NCBI GenBank assembly: GCA_002269645.1
Contig: NIVC01001458.1
Coordinates: forward strand, 222,146 to 286,145
Reading direction: 5' to 3'
Source of the DNA: Macrostomum lignano
Lineage: Eukaryota
Length of the DNA stretch: 64,000 bases
In this document: one piece after another, positions 1 to 12,300 of the stretch
How positions within the stretch are numbered: position 1 is the stretch's first letter
Layout of the letters: the number at the start of each line of letters is the position of its first letter
Position numbers and translations under genes: made by a program
Notes under the pieces: model-generated
Databases searched by the model: none
Told to the model about the DNA's origin: nothing
The model's input: only the letters and a program-made list of their open reading frames with translations

Positions 1-120
1 GAGAGGGGAGAAGAGAGGGGAGAAGAGAGGAGAGAGAGGGGGAGAAGAGAGGTGAGAGGGGAGAAGAGAAGTGAGAGGGGAGAAGAGAGGAGAGAAGAAA
101 GGGGAGATGTGGGAGGGCAG
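1..120. repeat. GA-rich microsatellite
   Basis: gaggggagaagaga repeats. Confidence 0.9.
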
Positions 121-690
121 GGGAGAATAGAGAGACATGAGTCGGACAGGATTTTCGGGGATTCTATGCTCGTAAAAAGCTTTCACCTCTAATAAGGTCC
201 CAATTAAGCCAGTAGTGCTCCAGTCTTTGCTAGGGGGTGGAGGTGCAATTTCGGTTTAAAGCGCGGTGCTGTGACATACTGACGCGTTTTAAATCAAAGA
301 TAAGTAGGGGGGGGGTGAAACAGAGATGAGAAGATCCCTTTATTCAATAGCTAGCCCCCCTACTGAGAAACTTTATCCACGGAGAATAAAGAAGGTAAAT
401 AATTAAAGGCATAGGGAATCCATCTGACTTTTAAATAAGGCTTCAAATGTACTTTTATAAGAATAAAAAACACCGACTGGGATGGAAGCCAGTGAGGGAC
501 CAAGGATGACGGATGAGAATGGGAGATTTAGAAGTCAGTGAGTTTGTCACGTTCCGGAGGGGCATTAATCCTTGCGATTGTAACTACAGCAACAATAATC
601 AATCCTTTTATGGCCAAAATTATGCTTTTCTGTTGAGGGAAACACCCACACGAAAATTTAGGAATTAAACGTCTACATTAGGAATCGCTC

Positions 691-3600
691 GAGATTGAGA
701 CAGTGAGAATGAGAGTGAGACAGTTGGAGAATGAGAGTGAGACAGTTGGAGAATGAGAGTGAGACAGTGGGAGAATGAGAGTGAGACAGTGGGAGAATGA
801 GAGTGAGACAGTGGGAGAATGAGAGTGAGACAGTGAGAATGAGAGTGAGACAGTGGGAGAATGAGAGTGAGACAGTGTGAGAATGAGAGTGAGACTGTGG
901 GAGAATGAGAGTGAGACAGTGAGAATGAGAGGGAGACAGTGGGAGAATGAGAGTGAGACAGTGTGAGAATGAGAGTGAGACAGTGGGAGAATGAGAGTGA
1001 GACAGTGGGAGAATGAGAGTGAGACTGTGGGAGAATGAGAGTGAGACTGTGGGAGAATGAGAGTGAGACAGTTGGAGAATGAGAGTGAGACAGTTGGAGA
1101 ATGAGAGTGAGACAGTGGGAGAATGAGAGTAATACAGTGTCAGAATAAGAGTGAGACAGTGGGAGAATGAGAGTGAGACTGTGGGAGAATGAGAGTGAGA
1201 CAGTGTGAGAATGAGAGTGAGACAGTGGGAGAATGAGAGTGAGACAGTGAGAATGAGAGTGAGACAGTGTGGGAGAATGAGAGTGAGACAGGGTGGGAGA
1301 ATGAGAGTGAGACTGTGGGAGAATGAGAGTGAGACAGTGTGAGAATGAGAGTGAGACTGTGGGAGAATGAGAGTGAGACAGTGAGAATGAGAGTGAGACA
1401 GTGAGAATGAGAGTGAGACAGTGAGAATGAGAGTGAGACAGTGAGAATGAGAGTGAGGCTGTGGGAGAATGAGAGTGAGACAGTGAGAATGAGAGTGAGA
1501 CAGTGTGAGAATGAGAGTGAGACAGTGGGAGAATGAGAGTGAGACAGTGGGAGAATGAGAGTGAGACAGTGGGAGAATGAGAGTGAGACTGTGGGAGAAT
1601 GAGAGTGAGACTGTGGGAGAATGAGAGTGAGACAGTTGGAGAATGAGAGTGAGACAGTTGGAGAATGAGAGGGAGACAGTGGGAGAATGAGAGTGAGACT
1701 GTGGGAGAATGAGAGTGAGACAGTTGGAGAATGAGAGTGAGACAGTGAGAATGAGATTGAGTCAGTGTGAGAATGAGAGTGAGACAGTGGGAGAATGAGA
1801 GTGAGACAGTTGGAGAATGAGAGTGAAACAGTTGGAGAATGAGAGTGAGACTGTGGGAGAATGAGAGTGAGACAGTGAGAATGAGAGTGAGACAGTGTGA
1901 AAATGAGAGTGAGACAGTGGGAGAATGAGAGTGAGACAGTTGGAGAATGAGAGTGAGACAGTTGGAGAATGAGAGTGAGACAGTGGGAGAATGAGAGTGA
2001 GACTGTGGGAGAATGAGAGTGAGACAGTGGGAGAATGAGAGTGAGACAGTGAGAATGAGAGTGAGACAGTGGGAGAATGAGAGTGAGACAGTGTGAGAAT
2101 GAGAGTGAGACTGTGGGAGAATGAGAGTGAGACAGTGAGAATGAGAGGGAGACAGTGGGAGAATGAGAGTGAGACAGTGGGAGAATGAGAGTGAGACAGT
2201 GGGAGAATGAGAGTGAGACTGTGGGAGAATGAGAGTGAGACTGTGGGAGTGAGAGTGGAGAATGAGAGTGAGACAGTTGGAGAATGAGAGTGAGACAGTG
2301 GGAGAATGAGAGTAATACAGTGTCAGAATAAGAGTGAGACAGTGGGAGAATGAGAGTGAGACTGTGGGAGAATGAGAGTGAGACAGTGTGAGAATGAGAG
2401 TGAGACAGTGGGAGAATGAGAGTGAGACAGTGAGAATGAGAGTGAGACAGTGTGGGAGAATGAGAGTGAGACAGTGTGGGAGAATGAGAGTGAGACAGGG
2501 TGGGAGAATGAGAGTGAGACTGTGGGAGAATGAGAGTGAGACAGTGTGAGAATGAGAGTGAGACTGTGGGAGAATGAGAGTGAGACAGTGAGAATGAGAG
2601 TGAGACAGTGAGAATGAGAGTGAGACAGTGAGAATGAGAGTGAGACAGTGAGAATGAGAGTGAGGCTGTGGGAGAATGAGAGTGAGACAGTGAGAATGAG
2701 AGTGAGACAGTGTGAGAATGAGAGTGAGACTGTGGGAGAATGAGAGTGAGACAGTGGGAGAATGAGAGTGAGACTGTGGGAGAATGAGAGTGAGACTGTG
2801 GGAGAATGAGAGTGAGACAGTTGGAGAATGAGAGTGAGACAGTTGGAGAATGAGAGGGAGACAGTGGGAGAATGAGAGTGAGACTGTGGGAGAATGAGAG
2901 TGAGACAGTTGGAGAATGAGAGTGAGACAGTGAGAATGAGATTGAGACAGTGTGAGAATGAGAGTGAGACAGTGGGAGAATGAGAGTGAGACAGTTGGAG
3001 AATGAGAGTGAAACAGTTGGAGAATGAGAGTGAGACTGTGGGAGAATGAGAGTGAGACAGTGAGAATGAGAGTGAGACAGTGTGAGAATGAGAGTGAGAC
3101 AGTTGGAGAATGAGAGTGAGACAGTGGGAGAATGAGAGTGAGACAGTGGGAGAATGAGAGTGAGACAGTGGGAGAATGAGAGTGAGACAGTGAGAATGAG
3201 AGTGAGACAGTGGGAGAATGAGAGTGAGACAGTGTGAGAATGAGAGTGAGACTGTGGGAGAATGAGAGTGAGACAGTGAGAATGAGAGTGAGACAGTGGG
3301 AGAATGAGAGTGAGACAGTGTGAGAATGAGAGTGAGACAGTGGGAGAATGAGAGTGAGACAGTGGGAGAATGAGAGTGAGACTGTGGAGAATGAGAGTGA
3401 GACTGTGGGAGAATGAGAGTGAGACAGTTGGAGAATGAGAGTGAGACAGTTGGAGAATGAGAGTGAGACAGTGGGAGAATGAGAGTAATACAGTGTCAGA
3501 ATAAGAGTGAGACAGTGGGAGAATGAGAGTGAGACTGTGGGAGAATGAGAGTGAGACAGTGTGAGAATGAGAGTGAGACAGTGGGAGAATGAGAGTGAGA

Positions 3601-5890
3601 CAGTGAGAATGAGAGTGAGACAGTGTGGGAGAATGAGAGTGAGACAGGGTGGGAGAATGAGAGTGAGACTGTGGGAGAATGAGAGTGAGACAGTGTGAGA
3701 ATGAGAGTGAGACTGTGGGAGAATGAGAGTGAGACAGTGAGAATGAGAGTGAGACAGTGAGAATGAGAGTGAGACAGTGAGAATGAGAGTGAGACAGTGA
3801 GAATGAGAGTGAGGCTGTGGGAGAATGAGAGTGAGACAGTGAGAATGAGAGTGAGACAGTGTGAGAATGAGAGTGAGACAGTGGGAGAATGAGAGTGAGA
3901 CAGTGGGAGAATGAGAGTGAGACTGTGGGAGAATGAGAGTGAGACTGTGGGAGAATGAGAGTGAGACAGTTGGAGAATGAGAGTGAGACAGTTGGAGAAT
4001 GAGAGGGAGACAGTGGGAGAATGAGAGTGAGACTGTGGGAGAATGAGAGTGAGACAGTTGGAGAATGAGAGTGAGACAGTGAGAATGAGATTGAGACAGT
4101 GTGAGAATGAGAGTGAGACAGTGGGAGAATGAGAGTGAGACAGTTGGAGAATGAGAGTGAAACAGTTGGAGAATGAGAGTGAGACTGTGGGAGAATGAGA
4201 GTGAGACAGTGAGAATGAGAGTGAGACAGTGTGAGAATGAGAGTGAGACAGTGGGAGAATGAGAGTGAGACAGTTGGAGAATGATAGTGAGACAGTTGGA
4301 GAATGAGAGTGAGACAGTGGGAGAATGAGAGTGAGACAGTGGGAGAATGAGAGTGAGACAGTGGGAGAATGAGAGTGAGACAGTGAGAATGAGAGTGAGA
4401 CAGTGGGAGAATGAGAGTGAGACAGTGTGAGAATGAGAGTGAGACTGTGGGAGAATGAGAGTGAGACAGTGAGAATGAGAGGGAGACAGTGGGAGAATGA
4501 GAGTGAGACAGTGTGAGAATGAGAGTGAGACAGTGGGAGAATGAGAGTGAGACAGTGGGAGAATGAGAGTGAGACTGTGGGAGAATGAGAGTGAGACTGT
4601 GGGAGAATGAGAGTGAGACAGTTGGAGAATGAGAGTGAGACAGTTGGAGAATGAGAGTGAGACAGTGGGAGAATGAGAGTAATACAGTGTCAGAATAAGA
4701 GTGAGACAGTGGGAGAATGAGAGTGAGACTGTGGGAGAATGAGAGTGAGAAAGTGTGAGAATGAGAGTGAGACAGTGGGAGAATGAGAGTGAGACAGTGA
4801 GAATGAGAGTGAGACAGTGTGGGAGAATGAGAGTGAGACAGGGTGGGAGAATGAGAGTGAGACTGTGGAGAATGAGAGTGAGACAGTGTGAGAATGAGAG
4901 TGAGACTGTGGGAGAATGAGAGTGAGACAGTGAGAATGAGAGTGAGACAGTGAGAATGAGAGTGAGACAGTGAGAATGAGAGTGAGACAGTGAGAATGAG
5001 AGTGAGGCTGTGGGAGAATGAGAGTGAGACAGTGAGAATGAGAGTGAGACAGTGTGAGAATGAGAGTGAGACAGTGGGAGAATGAGAGTGAGACTGTGGG
5101 AGAATGAGAGTGAGACTGTGGGAGAATGAGAGTGAGACAGTTGGAGAATGAGAGTGAGACAGTTGGAGAATGAGAGGGAGACAGTGGGAGAATGAGAGTG
5201 AGACTGTGGGAGAATGAGAGTGAGACAGTGGGAGAATGAGAGTGAGACAGTGAGAATGAGAGTGAGACAGTGTGAGAATGAGAGTGAGACAGTGGGAGAA
5301 TGAGAGTGAGACAGTTGGAGAATGAGAGTGAAACAGTTGGAGAATGAGAGTGAGACTGTGGGAGAATGAGAGTGAGACAGTGAGAATGAGAGTGAGACAG
5401 TGTGAGAATGAGAGTGAGACAGTGGGAGAATGAGAGTGAGACAATTGGAGAATGAGAGTGAGACTGTGGGAGAATGAGAGTGAGACAGTGTGGGAGAATG
5501 AGAGTGAGACAGTGTGGGAGAATGAGAGTGAGACAGTGTGGGAGAATGAGAGTGAGACAGTGTGGGAGAATGAGAGTGAGACGGTGTGGGAGAATGAGAG
5601 TGAGACAGTGTGAGAATGAGAGTGAGACAGTGTGAGAATGAGAGTGAGACAGTGGGAGAATGAGAGTGAGACAGTGGGAGAATGAGAGTGAGACAGTGGG
5701 AGAATGAGAGTGAGACAGTGGGAGAATGAGAGTGAGACAGTGGGAGAATGAGAGTGAGACAGTGGGAGAATGAGAGTGAGACAGTGGGAGAATGAGAGTG
5801 AGACAGTGGGAGAATGAGAGTGAGACAGTGGGAGAATGAGAGTGGGACAGTGTCAGAATGAGAGTGAGACAGTGGGAGACTCAGTGAGAC
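691..5890. repeat. Minisatellite, 18-24-bp units (GAGAATGAGAGTGAGACAGTGG) with about 1.18-kb higher-order period
   Basis: Marker variant aatacagtgtcagaataag at 1131, 2314, 3487, 4681. Confidence 0.97.
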
Positions 5891-5955
5891 AGTAGAATAA
5901 TGAGAGTGCAGAGAAAGGTACAGCGGAGCCAGTGTGAGCACAGCTAGCAACTCAC

Positions 5956-6335
5956 GTGGCATTGTCGCTGGCCTCGGGCAGGTCGGACACGGAGCGGCTG
6001 GTCCTGAGCAGTTTGGAATTGGGATCGAGCTCCTTACCGCTGAGCAGCCACTCTCTATAGGAGACGCACATGTACTGCCAGCTGCGATGGGACGGGCCTT
6101 TGTATTGCACCTCATAGTAGCGCACAACTCCGTTGGGATTTTTCGGTTCGCGCCAGAGCAGGCGAACTTCGCTAGGTCGCTCCTCGCTCTGGGGAGACTG
6201 GAAGGTCACCTCGCCGGGTATCCGGTCGGCCTGAGCCAGGCCTTCTGTGAGCTGGATAATTCTAGCCGGATTGGAGCACAGGTGCAATATTGTCTGGTAC
6301 TGCGGATGCCGAAACTCTTCCTGACAGGCGATCAG
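5956..6335 (-). CDS. InR: InR exon 9 (end of FnIII-2, start of FnIII-3)
   Basis: LIACQE...[22 protein letters not shown]...CVS; AC|gtgagt donor. Confidence 0.92.
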
Positions 6336-9300
6336 CTGTTTGGGAGGTGGAGAACCGGAAATACCGGAAGTATGTAAATGTCTAGGTCTATACCAAGCTG
6401 GAAGCATCTAAATTCTACCGTGCATAGAACCGAAAGTATCTAATCCCACCCATTACAGAACCGGAAGTATCTAATCCCACCCATTACAGAACCGGAAGTA
6501 TCTAATCCCACCCATTACAGAACCGGAAGTATCTAATCCCACCCATTACAGAACCGGAAGTATCTAATCCCACCCATTACAGAACCGGAAGTATCTAATC
6601 CCACCCATTACAGAACCGGAAGTATCTAATCCCACCCATTACAGAACCGGAAGTATCTAATCCCACCCATTACAGAACCGGAAGTATCTAATCCCACCCA
6701 TTACAGAACCGGAAGTATCTAATCCACCCATTACAGAACCGGAAGTATCTAATCCCACCCATTACAGAACCGGAAGTATCTAATCCCACCCATTACAGAA
6801 CCGGAAGTATCTAATCCCACCTTAAGAATAACCGGAATTATCTAATCTCATCCTAAGAATAACCGGAAGTATCTAACCCCGCCCTAAGAATAACCGGAAG
6901 CATCTAGTCCCAGCCTAAGAGTAACCGGAAGTATCTAATCCCACCCTAAGAATGACCGGAAGCATCTAATCCCAGCCTAAGAGTAACCGGAAGTAACTAA
7001 TCCCACCCTAAGAATAACCGGAAGTATCTAATCCCACCATAAGAGTAACCGGAAGTACGGCCGCACTTACCGACAACTCGTAGTGGGTAAAATGCTTCAA
7101 ATTTGTAACCGTGTACTCAGTGCCTCTAACAGTAACGTATCCATCAGTCCAACGCTTATTATCGTTAGCTGAATCCAATTGCTTAGTAATACGCTTGGGG
7201 CATCGCTCATTGTCGCAGTCTGGCTTGGCTACAGTCGGAGGCGCAGTTGTAGTTTGCATTGGTGTAGTCGATCTAGAAGTACTGGTAGTAGTAGTTGCTG
7301 TAGTAGTGGTAGTGGCAGTAGTAGTTCGCTTCTTATCGCTAGTACTGCGTGTAGAAGTCCGCGAGCCAGTTGATCTCGAGCTGCTTTCGTTTCCGTTGTT
7401 CGGGCGCAGTTTCAACTTGTGCAATCCTTCCACTTCAATATTGCGCATTTCCGGCCTGTTTAGGAATTGGTAGCATAAATTATGCTAATTACAAAAACTA
7501 AGTAGGATCTTGCTTACTTTGTTACTAAAAATAGACAGGCGGGCGTGCAAAATGTTCATTTATTGTTATTTTAAAATGATAGGCGACTTTCACACACATC
7601 AAAGGCAATTCTCAAACAGCATCAAAGGCGATTCTCAAATGCGTCAAAGGCGATTCTCAAATTCGTCAAAGGCGATTCTCAAATACGTCAAAGGCGATTC
7701 TCAAATACGTCAAAGGCGATTCTCAAATACGTCAAAGGTGATTCTCACACACATCAAAGGCGATTCTCAAACACATCAAAGACGATTCTTAAACACATCA
7801 AAGGCGATTTTCACACACATCAAAGGCGATTCTTAAACACATCAAAGGCGATTTTTAAGCACACCAAAGGCGATTCTCACACATCAAAGGCGATTCTCAC
7901 ACACATCAAAGGTGATTCTCACACACATCAAAGGCGATTCTCAAACACATCAAAGACGATTTTCACACACATCAAAGGCGATTCTTAAACACATCAAAGG
8001 CGATTCTTAAACACATCAAAGGCGATTTTCACACACATCAAAGGCGATTCTTAAACACATCAAAGGCGATTTTTAAGCACACCAAAGGCGATTCTCACAC
8101 ATCAAAGACGATTTTCACACACATCAAAGGCGATTCTTAAACACATCAAAGGCGATTTTCACACACATCAAAGGCGATTCTTAAACACATCAAAGGCGAT
8201 TTTTAAGCACACCAAAGGCGATTCTCACACATCAAAGACGATTTTCACACACATCAAAGGCGATTCTTAAACACATCAAAGGCGATTCTTAAACACATCA
8301 AAGACGATTTTCACACACATCAAAGGCGATTCTTAAACACATCAAAGGCGATTTTTAAGCACACCAAAGGCGATTCTCACACATCAAAGGTGATTCTCAC
8401 ACACATCAAAGGCGATTCTCACACACATCAAAGGTGATTCTCACACACATCAAAGGCGATTCTCAAACACATCAAAGACGATTTTCACACACATCAAAGG
8501 CGATTCTTAAACACATCAAAGGCGATTCTTAAACACATCAAAGGCGATTTTCACACACATCAAAGGCGATTTTTAAGCACACCAAAGGCGATTCTCACAC
8601 ATCAAAGGCGATTCTCACACACACCAAAGGCGATTCTAACACATCAAAGGCGATTCTCAGAAACATCAAAGGCGATTTTCAAACACGTCAAAAGCGATTC
8701 TCAAACAGCATCAAAGCCGATTCTGACACGTCAAAAGCGATTCTCAAACAGCATCAAAGCCGATTCTGACACGTTAAAGGCGATTCTCAAACAGCATCAA
8801 AGCCGATTCTGACACGTCAAAGGCGATTCTCAAACACATCAAAGGCGATTCTCAGGCACTTCAGAAGCAATTTTTACCAAAAATATTTAAAAGATTTTTA
8901 GTATCTAAATTTAAAAGATTGACATTGAAAGTGTTACAGCTATTGGCAATAAAATAGTTATAAAACCCTCTTAATACAATATTACAATAATAGTAATTCA
9001 GGTCAGTTAATACTGAACTCGAAGCAATAGCTAAAACTATACATTTTCAATGCTAGAAATTGAGCACTTTATTGCAGTAAAAACAGCTTTTACTCATTAA
9101 ATAATAACTGTCGACAACTGGCAGCATCAAGGCCAACATGGTGGACACAGAAATCTTGCCAAAAATCGTCCGGTACGGGTGGTTGCCACGGCGACTGGCT
9201 ACTCAAATCGTGGTAAAAAATACTTGTTGATAGCAATAGCAAATTTATATATAAATAAGGCGAACTTCTCGGTAATACACAATCAAATTTTAAGCAAATC

Positions 9301-12300
9301 TCTTCTCATTGTGTTAAAGATCCCAAAAGATTCGTCCAGCTTCAAGAATCGGGAAGTATCAAATCCCACACTACACGGAACCGGAAGTATCACCATCCTA
9401 TCGAGAAAAACTGACATCCATTCTGCTGGAAGTTACCTGAATCCCACCTCATAGACAACCGGAAGTATCTAATCTCACCTTATAGACAACCGGAAGTATC
9501 TAATCTCACCTTAGAGACAACCGGAAGTATCTAATCTCACCTTATAGACAACCGGAAGTTATCTAATCTCACCTTATAGACAACCAGAAGTATATAATCC
9601 CACCTTATAGACAACAGGAAGTATCCAATCTCACCTTATAGAGAACCGAAAGTATCTAATCCCAACTTACAGACAACCGGAAGTATCTAATCCCATCCTA
9701 CTGTATACAGAACAGGCACGGGAACTATTCATAAAGTATGAATAAAGATAGCTCCCAAAGGAATCGTTGAGAAGTTTTGAGAGGTATGTGAGAAGTTTTG
9801 CGATTTCTCACATAGCAACTCTGACTGAATTAAAATCTGACACTAATACAATTCAATGCTTCTAAAGCACAGGTAGCAAGGCAGTTTGTCAGTGCCGGAG
9901 AAGACGACCTGAGAAAAACACACACACACAATAATATAACTTGCCGAACAGTGGAAGTACTTGCGAACGGCACGGGCAAAATGCGGTGTTTACCGCGCCG
10001 CGGAAAACAAGAGACGAGAACAGGACTCAACCGAGCTAGCTATAAATAGAGCAATAAAAACTAACTACTTAGCGACATTACTCTATTAACTGCAATTTAT
10101 TCTATTAACTGGATTTTGTGAGAGGCTATGGGCCCACAACAAACACTCAAGGACTATTCACTTACACTAAGTGGATTATTAAGCTTTAAGAACTCTTGTA
10201 ATACTTTGGACTGCCGCCAGCCTTTTAGCTGATCCTTCAGTGCCCACTGCTACTGCCTCTCTCCGATCCTTCAGTGCCCGCTGCTGCTGCCTCTCTTCGA
10301 TCCTTCAGTGCCCGCTGCTGCCTCTCTTCGATCCTTCAGTGCCCGCTGCTGCTGCCTCTCTTCGATCCTTCAGTGCCCGCTGCTGCCTCTCTCCGATCCT
10401 TCAGTGCCCGCTGCTGCCTCTCTCCGATCCTTCAGTGCCCGCTGCTGCCTCTCTCCGATCCTTCAGTGCCCACTGCTACTGCCTCTCTCCGATCCTTCAG
10501 TGCCCGCTGCTGCCTCTCTCCGATCCTTCAGTGCCCGCTGCTGCCTCTCTTCGATCCTTCAGTGCCCGCTGCTGCCTCTCTTCGATCCTTCAGTGCCCGC
10601 TGCTGCTGCCTCTCTCCGATCCTGCAGTGCCCGCTGCTGCCTCTCTCCGATCCTTCAGTGCCCACTGCTACTGCCTCTCTTCGATCCTTCAGTGCCCGCT
10701 GCTGCTGCCTCTCTCCGATCCTGCAGTGCCCGCTGCTGCCTCTCTCCGATCCTTCAGTGCCCGCTGCTGCTGCCTCTCTCCGATCCTTCAGTGCCGCTGC
10801 TGCCTCTCTTCGATCCTTCAGTGCCCGCTGCTGCTGCCTCTCTCCGATCCTGCAGTGCCCGCTGCTGCCTCTCTCCGATCCTTCAGTGCCCACTGCTACT
10901 GCCTCTCTTCGATCCTTCAGTGCCCGCTGCTGCTGCCTCTCTTCGATCCTTCAGTGCCCGCTGCTGCCTCTCTCCGATCCTTCAGTGCCCGCTGCTGCCT
11001 CTCTCCGATCCTTCAGTGCCCGCTGCTGCCTCTCTCCGATCCTTCAGTGCCCACTGCTACTGCCTCTCTCCGATCCTTCAGTGCCCGCTGCTGCCTCTCT
11101 CCGATCCTTCAGTGCCCGCTGCTGCCTCTCTTCGATCCTTCAGTGCCCGCTGCTGCCTCTCTTCGATCCTTCAGTGCCCGCTGCTGCTGCCTCTCTCCGA
11201 TCCTGCAGTGCCCGCTGCTGCCTCTCTCCGATCCTTCAGTGCCCGCTGCTGCTGCCTCTCTCCGATCCTTCAGTGCCCGCTGCTGCCTCTCTTCGATCCT
11301 TCAGTGCCCGCTGCTGCTGCCTCTCTCCGATCCTGCAGTGCCCGCTGCTGCCTCTCTCCGATCCTTCAGTGCCCACTGCTATCCTGCAGTGCCCGCTGCT
11401 GCTTCTCTTCGATCCTTCAGTGCCCGCTGCTGCTGCTCTCTCGATCCTTCAGTGCCCGCTGCTGCCTCTCTCCGATCCTTCAGTGCCCGCTGCTGCCTCT
11501 CTCGATCCTTCAGTGCCCGCTGCTGCCTCTCTCCGATCCTTCAGTGCCCGCTGCTGCTGCCTCTCTCCGATCCTTCAGTGCCCGCTGCTGCCTCTCTTCG
11601 ATCCTTCAGTGCCCGCTGCTGCCTCTCTTCGATCCTTCAGTGCCCGCTGCTGCTGCCTCTCGATCCTTCAGTGCCCGCTGCTGCTGCCTCTCTCCGATCC
11701 TTCAGTGCCCGCTGCTGCTGCCTCCGATCCTTCAGTGCCCGCTGCTGCTGCCCTCTCGATCCTTCAGTGCCCGCTGCTGCTGCTCTCCTCGATCCTTCAG
11801 TGCCCGCTGCTGCCTCCTCCGATCCTTCAGTGCCCGCTGCTGCTGCTCTCGATCCTTCAGTGCCCGCTGCTGCCTCTCTCGATCCTTCAGTGCCCGCTGC
11901 TGCTGCCTCTCTCCGATCCTTCAGTGCCCGCTGCTGCCTCTCTCCGATCCTTCAGTGCCCACTGCTACTGCCTCTCTTCGATCCTTCAGTGCCCACTGCT
12001 GCTGCCTCTCTTCGATCCTTCAGTGCCCGCTGCTGCTGCCTCCGATCCTTCAGTGCCCGCTGCTGCCTCTCTCGATCCTTCAGTGCCCACTGCTGCCTCC
12101 TCTCGATCCTTCAGTGCCCGCTGCTGCCTCTCTCCGATCCTCAGTGCCCGCTGCTGCCTCTCTCCGATCCTCAGTGCCCGCTGCTGCCTCTCTCCGATCC
12201 TCAGTGCCCACTGCTACTGCCTCTCTCGATCCTTCAGTGCCCACTGCTGCTGCCTCTCTCCGATCCTCAGTGCCCGCTGCTGCCTCTCTCCGATCCTCAG

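Noticed and set aside
665-6127. 1820-aa and 1434-aa ORFs (SHSHSPTVSLSF repeats), and similar ORFs at 10240-12740, 16322-17369, 22224-23293, 24179-25186, 39278-40912, 43374-44489
   Set aside because: Stop-free translations of minisatellites in several frames at once, lying inside introns of real genes.
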